A DNA stretch of 64,000 nucleotides from Chloroflexota bacterium. GTDB taxonomy: Bacteria; Chloroflexota; UBA11872; VXNJ01. A program made the position numbers and the translations under genes. Positions 63,165-64,000 of the stretch are shown here, piece by piece. The stretch lies in contig OZ253449.1 of the NCBI GenBank assembly GCA_965261345.1, forward strand, positions 832,001 through 896,000, in the 5' to 3' direction. Below the pieces are notes generated by a model that had not been told where the DNA came from, did not search any database, and saw only the letters and a list, made by a program, of their open reading frames with translations. How positions within the stretch are numbered: the first letter of the stretch is position 1; each line of letters begins with the position of its first letter.

Positions 63165-64000
63165 ATGAATACGTCCGGACGGCGGCAGACCTACGCGATA
63201 GCTGGCCATGTGGTGCTCGACCGGGTAGCTGACGGCACCCGGGTCGGAGGCACCGTGTCATTTGGCGGGGTTACCGCGGTCAAGCTGGGGGCCAAGGTCA
63301 GGGTTGTCACCGCGGTGGCCGAACGCGACCGCGATCGAATCGCCGTTCGCTACGGAGACGCCGATTTCATCTGGGTGGAAACACCGGTAACCACCATTTA
63401 CGAAAACATCTATCTCCCCGATGGGCGGGTCCAGTATTGCCACGAGTTGGCCAGTCCGGTGGCGGTGGAACTTATCCCGCCCAGTTGGCTGGAATCTGAC
63501 GTCTTCCACCTGGCGCCCCTGACCGACGAGGTGCCGGCCAGTCTGGCGGCGGCGATCGCCGATTCGGCGCTGGTCGGGGTCACCCCGCAAGGATGGCTGC
63601 GGCACCGGGCGGCCGATGGCCTGATTTCGCCCAAGCTGTGGGACGAATGCGAACAGATCCTAAATCGGGCCGACATACTGGTGCTCTCCGAACACGACCC
63701 GCGCGATCGGTACGAGTTGGAACGTTACCTGCGCCCGGTTCGCTACGGGATTGTTACCCGCTCGATCCACGGCGCCGATATCTTCGAATACGGAAAGCAC
63801 CTGGCGCATGTGCCGGCGTTTCCAGCCGAGGAATTGGACCAGACCGGGGCCGGCGATTGCTACGCGGCGGCGGTATTCCTCGAATTTCATCGGAGCGGGG
63901 ACATTGCGCAATCCTGCCGCTTCGCCTCTGCGGCGGCGGCGTTCCAGGTCGAGGGACCAGGGTTGGATGGGATCGTCGGCGAGGCCCGGGTAAGAGCGCG
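63165..64000 (+). CDS. PfkB family carbohydrate kinase, 3'-partial
   Basis: GHVVLD...GG, TPQGW and DQTGAGD motifs; runs off the window end. Confidence 0.85.
   Translation, partial: MNTSGRRQTYAIAGHVVLDRVADGTRVGGTVSFGGVTAVKLGAKVRVVTAVAERDRDRIAVRYGDADFIWVETPVTTIYENIYLPDGRVQYCHELASPVAVELIPPSWLESDVFHLAPLTDEVPASLAAAIADSALVGVTPQGWLRHRAADGLISPKLWDECEQILNRADILVLSEHDPRDRYELERYLRPVRYGIVTRSIHGADIFEYGKHLAHVPAFPAEELDQTGAGDCYAAAVFLEFHRSGDIAQSCRFASAAAAFQVEGPGLDGIVGEARVRA

Overview
GC-rich bacterial chromosome segment, probably Chloroflexota (inferred from gene content, not verified). Most of the window is intact housekeeping or metabolic sequence: an MFS transporter, an ilvBNC-leuACDB-cimA operon, a Liv-type ABC transporter, a Mo-hydroxylase large subunit, moeB/cysE/proS, a glycine-betaine ABC transporter, pgk/gap/yvcK, rpmH-rnpA-yidD-yidC-jag, and five tRNAs. 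The most unusual part is a decayed island at the tRNA-Ile2 3' end (about 38.6-45.1 kb). It holds, in order, a recombinase tail, an IS1182 remnant, an ISNCY-like element, an orphan IS110 left end, a group II intron, a complete but frameshifted IS110, an LRR fragment and a degenerate CRISPR mini-array. Two homologous IS110 bridge-RNA-like regions carry different guide segments that can be read directly. One appears programmed against the terminal repeat of the neighbouring IS and is cut by the intron at the start of its donor guide. The branched-chain amino acid operon also has two candidate leader-peptide regulatory elements that lack U-tract terminators. All protein family calls come from motif recognition by eye; no database search was run.
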